Of a stretch of 64,000 nucleotides of DNA, positions 63,001 through 64,000 are shown piece after piece. Positions within the stretch are counted from its first letter, which is position 1. Each line of letters begins with the position of its first letter. The stretch is from Eledone cirrhosa. Its lineage: Eukaryota. Below the pieces are notes generated by a model. The model saw only the letters and a program-made list of their open reading frames with translations. It had not been told where the DNA came from and ran no database searches. The stretch spans positions 9,982,001 through 10,046,000 of the forward strand of contig OZ024757.1 in NCBI GenBank assembly GCA_964016885.1. Direction: 5' to 3'. Both the position numbers and the translations under genes were made by a program.

Positions 63001-64000
63001 TAAGTTAAGTTGGGGTTAAGTTAAGTTGGGGTTAAGGTAAGTTGGGGTTAAGTTAAGTTGGGGTTAAGTTAAGTTGGGGTTAAGTTAAGTTGGGTTTAAG
63101 TTAAGTTGGGATTAAATCAAGTTGGGGTTAAGTCAAGTTGGGGTTAAGTCAAGTTGGGGTTAATTCAAGTTGGGGTTAAGTCAAGTTGGGATTAAGTCAA
63201 GTTGGGGTTAAGTCAAGTTGGGGTTAAGTTAAGTTGGGGTTAAGTTAAGTTGGGGTTAAGTTAAGTTGGGTTTAAGTTAAGTTGGGGTTAAGTTAAGTAG
63301 GGGTTAAGTTAAGTTGGGGTTAAGTTGGGGTTAAGTTAAGTTGGGGTTAAGTTAAGTTGGGGTTAATTAAGTTGGGGGTAAGTTAAGTTAGGGGTAAGTT
63401 AAGTTGGGGTTAATTTAAGTTGGGGTTAAGTTAAGTTGGGGTTAAGTTAAGTTGGGGTTAAGTTAAGTTGGGGTTAATTTAAGTTGGGGTTAAGTTAAGT
63501 TGGGGTTAAGGTAAGTTGGGGTTAAGTTAAGTTGGGGTTAAGTTAAGTTGGGGTTACGTTAAGTTGGGGTTAAGTTAAGTTGGGGTTAAGTTAAGTTGGG
63601 ATTAAGTCAAGTTGGTGTTAAGTCAAGTTGGGGTTAAGTCAAGTTGGGGTTAAGTCAAGTTGGGGTTAAGTCAAGTTTGGGTTAAGTTAAGTTGGGGTTA
63701 AGTTAAGTGGGGGTTAAGTTAACTTGGGGTTAAATTAAGTTGGGGCTAATTTAAGTTGGTGTTAATTTAAGTTGGGGTTAAGTTAAGTTGGGGTTAAGTT
63801 AAGTTGGGGTTAAATTAAGCTGGGGTTAACTTAAGTAGGGGTTAAGTTAAGTTGGGTTAAGTTGGGATTAACTTAAGTTTGGGTTAAGTTAAGTTGGGGT
63901 TAAGTTAAGTTCGGATTGAGTCAAGTGTGGGGTTAAGTCAAGTTGGGGTTAAGTCAAGTTGGGTTTAAGTTAAGTTGGGGTTAAGTTAAGTTGGGGTTAA
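60030..64000 (+). repeat. HOR domain A', ~1.4-1.5-kb units related to domain A
   Basis: CGGATTGAG at 60987, 62409 and 63912 (spacings 1422, 1503). GGGATTAAATCAAG at ~60186, 61593 and 63111, a marker shared with domain A. Confidence 0.8.

Larger units (their letters stand above)
1..64000 (+). repeat. Tandem satellite / telomere-like array, 16-bp monomer GGGGTTAAGTTAAGTT ((TTAAG)2TTGGGG), ~4,000 copies, open at both window edges
   Basis: Every line consists of the 16-mer or a close variant. The G-rich strand is + throughout and I saw no inversion (no CCCC tracts on +). Consensus composition is G6 T6 A4 C0. Confidence 0.99.

Noticed and set aside
1-64000. Protein-coding ORFs or a repetitive protein
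   Set aside because: TTAA is palindromic and occurs twice per monomer, and the 16-bp period rotates it through all frames, so TAA stops occur every few codons in all six frames.
1-64000. CRISPR array
   Set aside because: The repeats are contiguous with no unique spacers, leader or cas genes.
1-64000. Pure sequencing artefact or concatemer of one molecule
   Set aside because: Domain-specific, hierarchically shared variants and differing HOR periods imply real evolutionary history. Exact copy numbers could still be mis-assembled.
1-64000. Information-encoding variant code
   Set aside because: The variant order is adequately explained by nested duplications, and nothing in the sequence supports a readout mechanism.

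Overview
The whole 64-kb window is one uninterrupted, single-orientation tandem array of a 16-bp G/T-rich monomer, consensus GGGGTTAAGTTAAGTT, i.e. (TTAAG)2TTGGGG, about 4,000 copies. Recurrent variants are an 11-bp form (TTAAGTTGGGG), 15- and 20-bp forms and single-base substitutions. I found no genes, RNA genes, transposons or CRISPR arrays: TAA stops recur in all six frames and there is no unique sequence. It looks like eukaryotic satellite or telomere-like DNA, but the organism cannot be determined. The informative signal is in the variant monomers, which recur in fixed order and define nested higher-order repeats (HORs). These include a 187-bp sub-module, 459/475-bp and 1,081-bp duplications, ~1.4-1.5-kb units at both window ends, ~3.4-kb and 1.73-kb duplications at 6.5-14.6 kb, a 4,006-bp HOR family at 17.4-38.9 kb (with 5,381- and 4,371-bp derivatives) and a 3,741-bp HOR family at 39.5-58 kb. 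Diagnostic variants show a layered arrangement in which the central domain is a distinct haplotype flanked by mutually related domains. Marker positions were counted by hand and domain boundaries are approximate.
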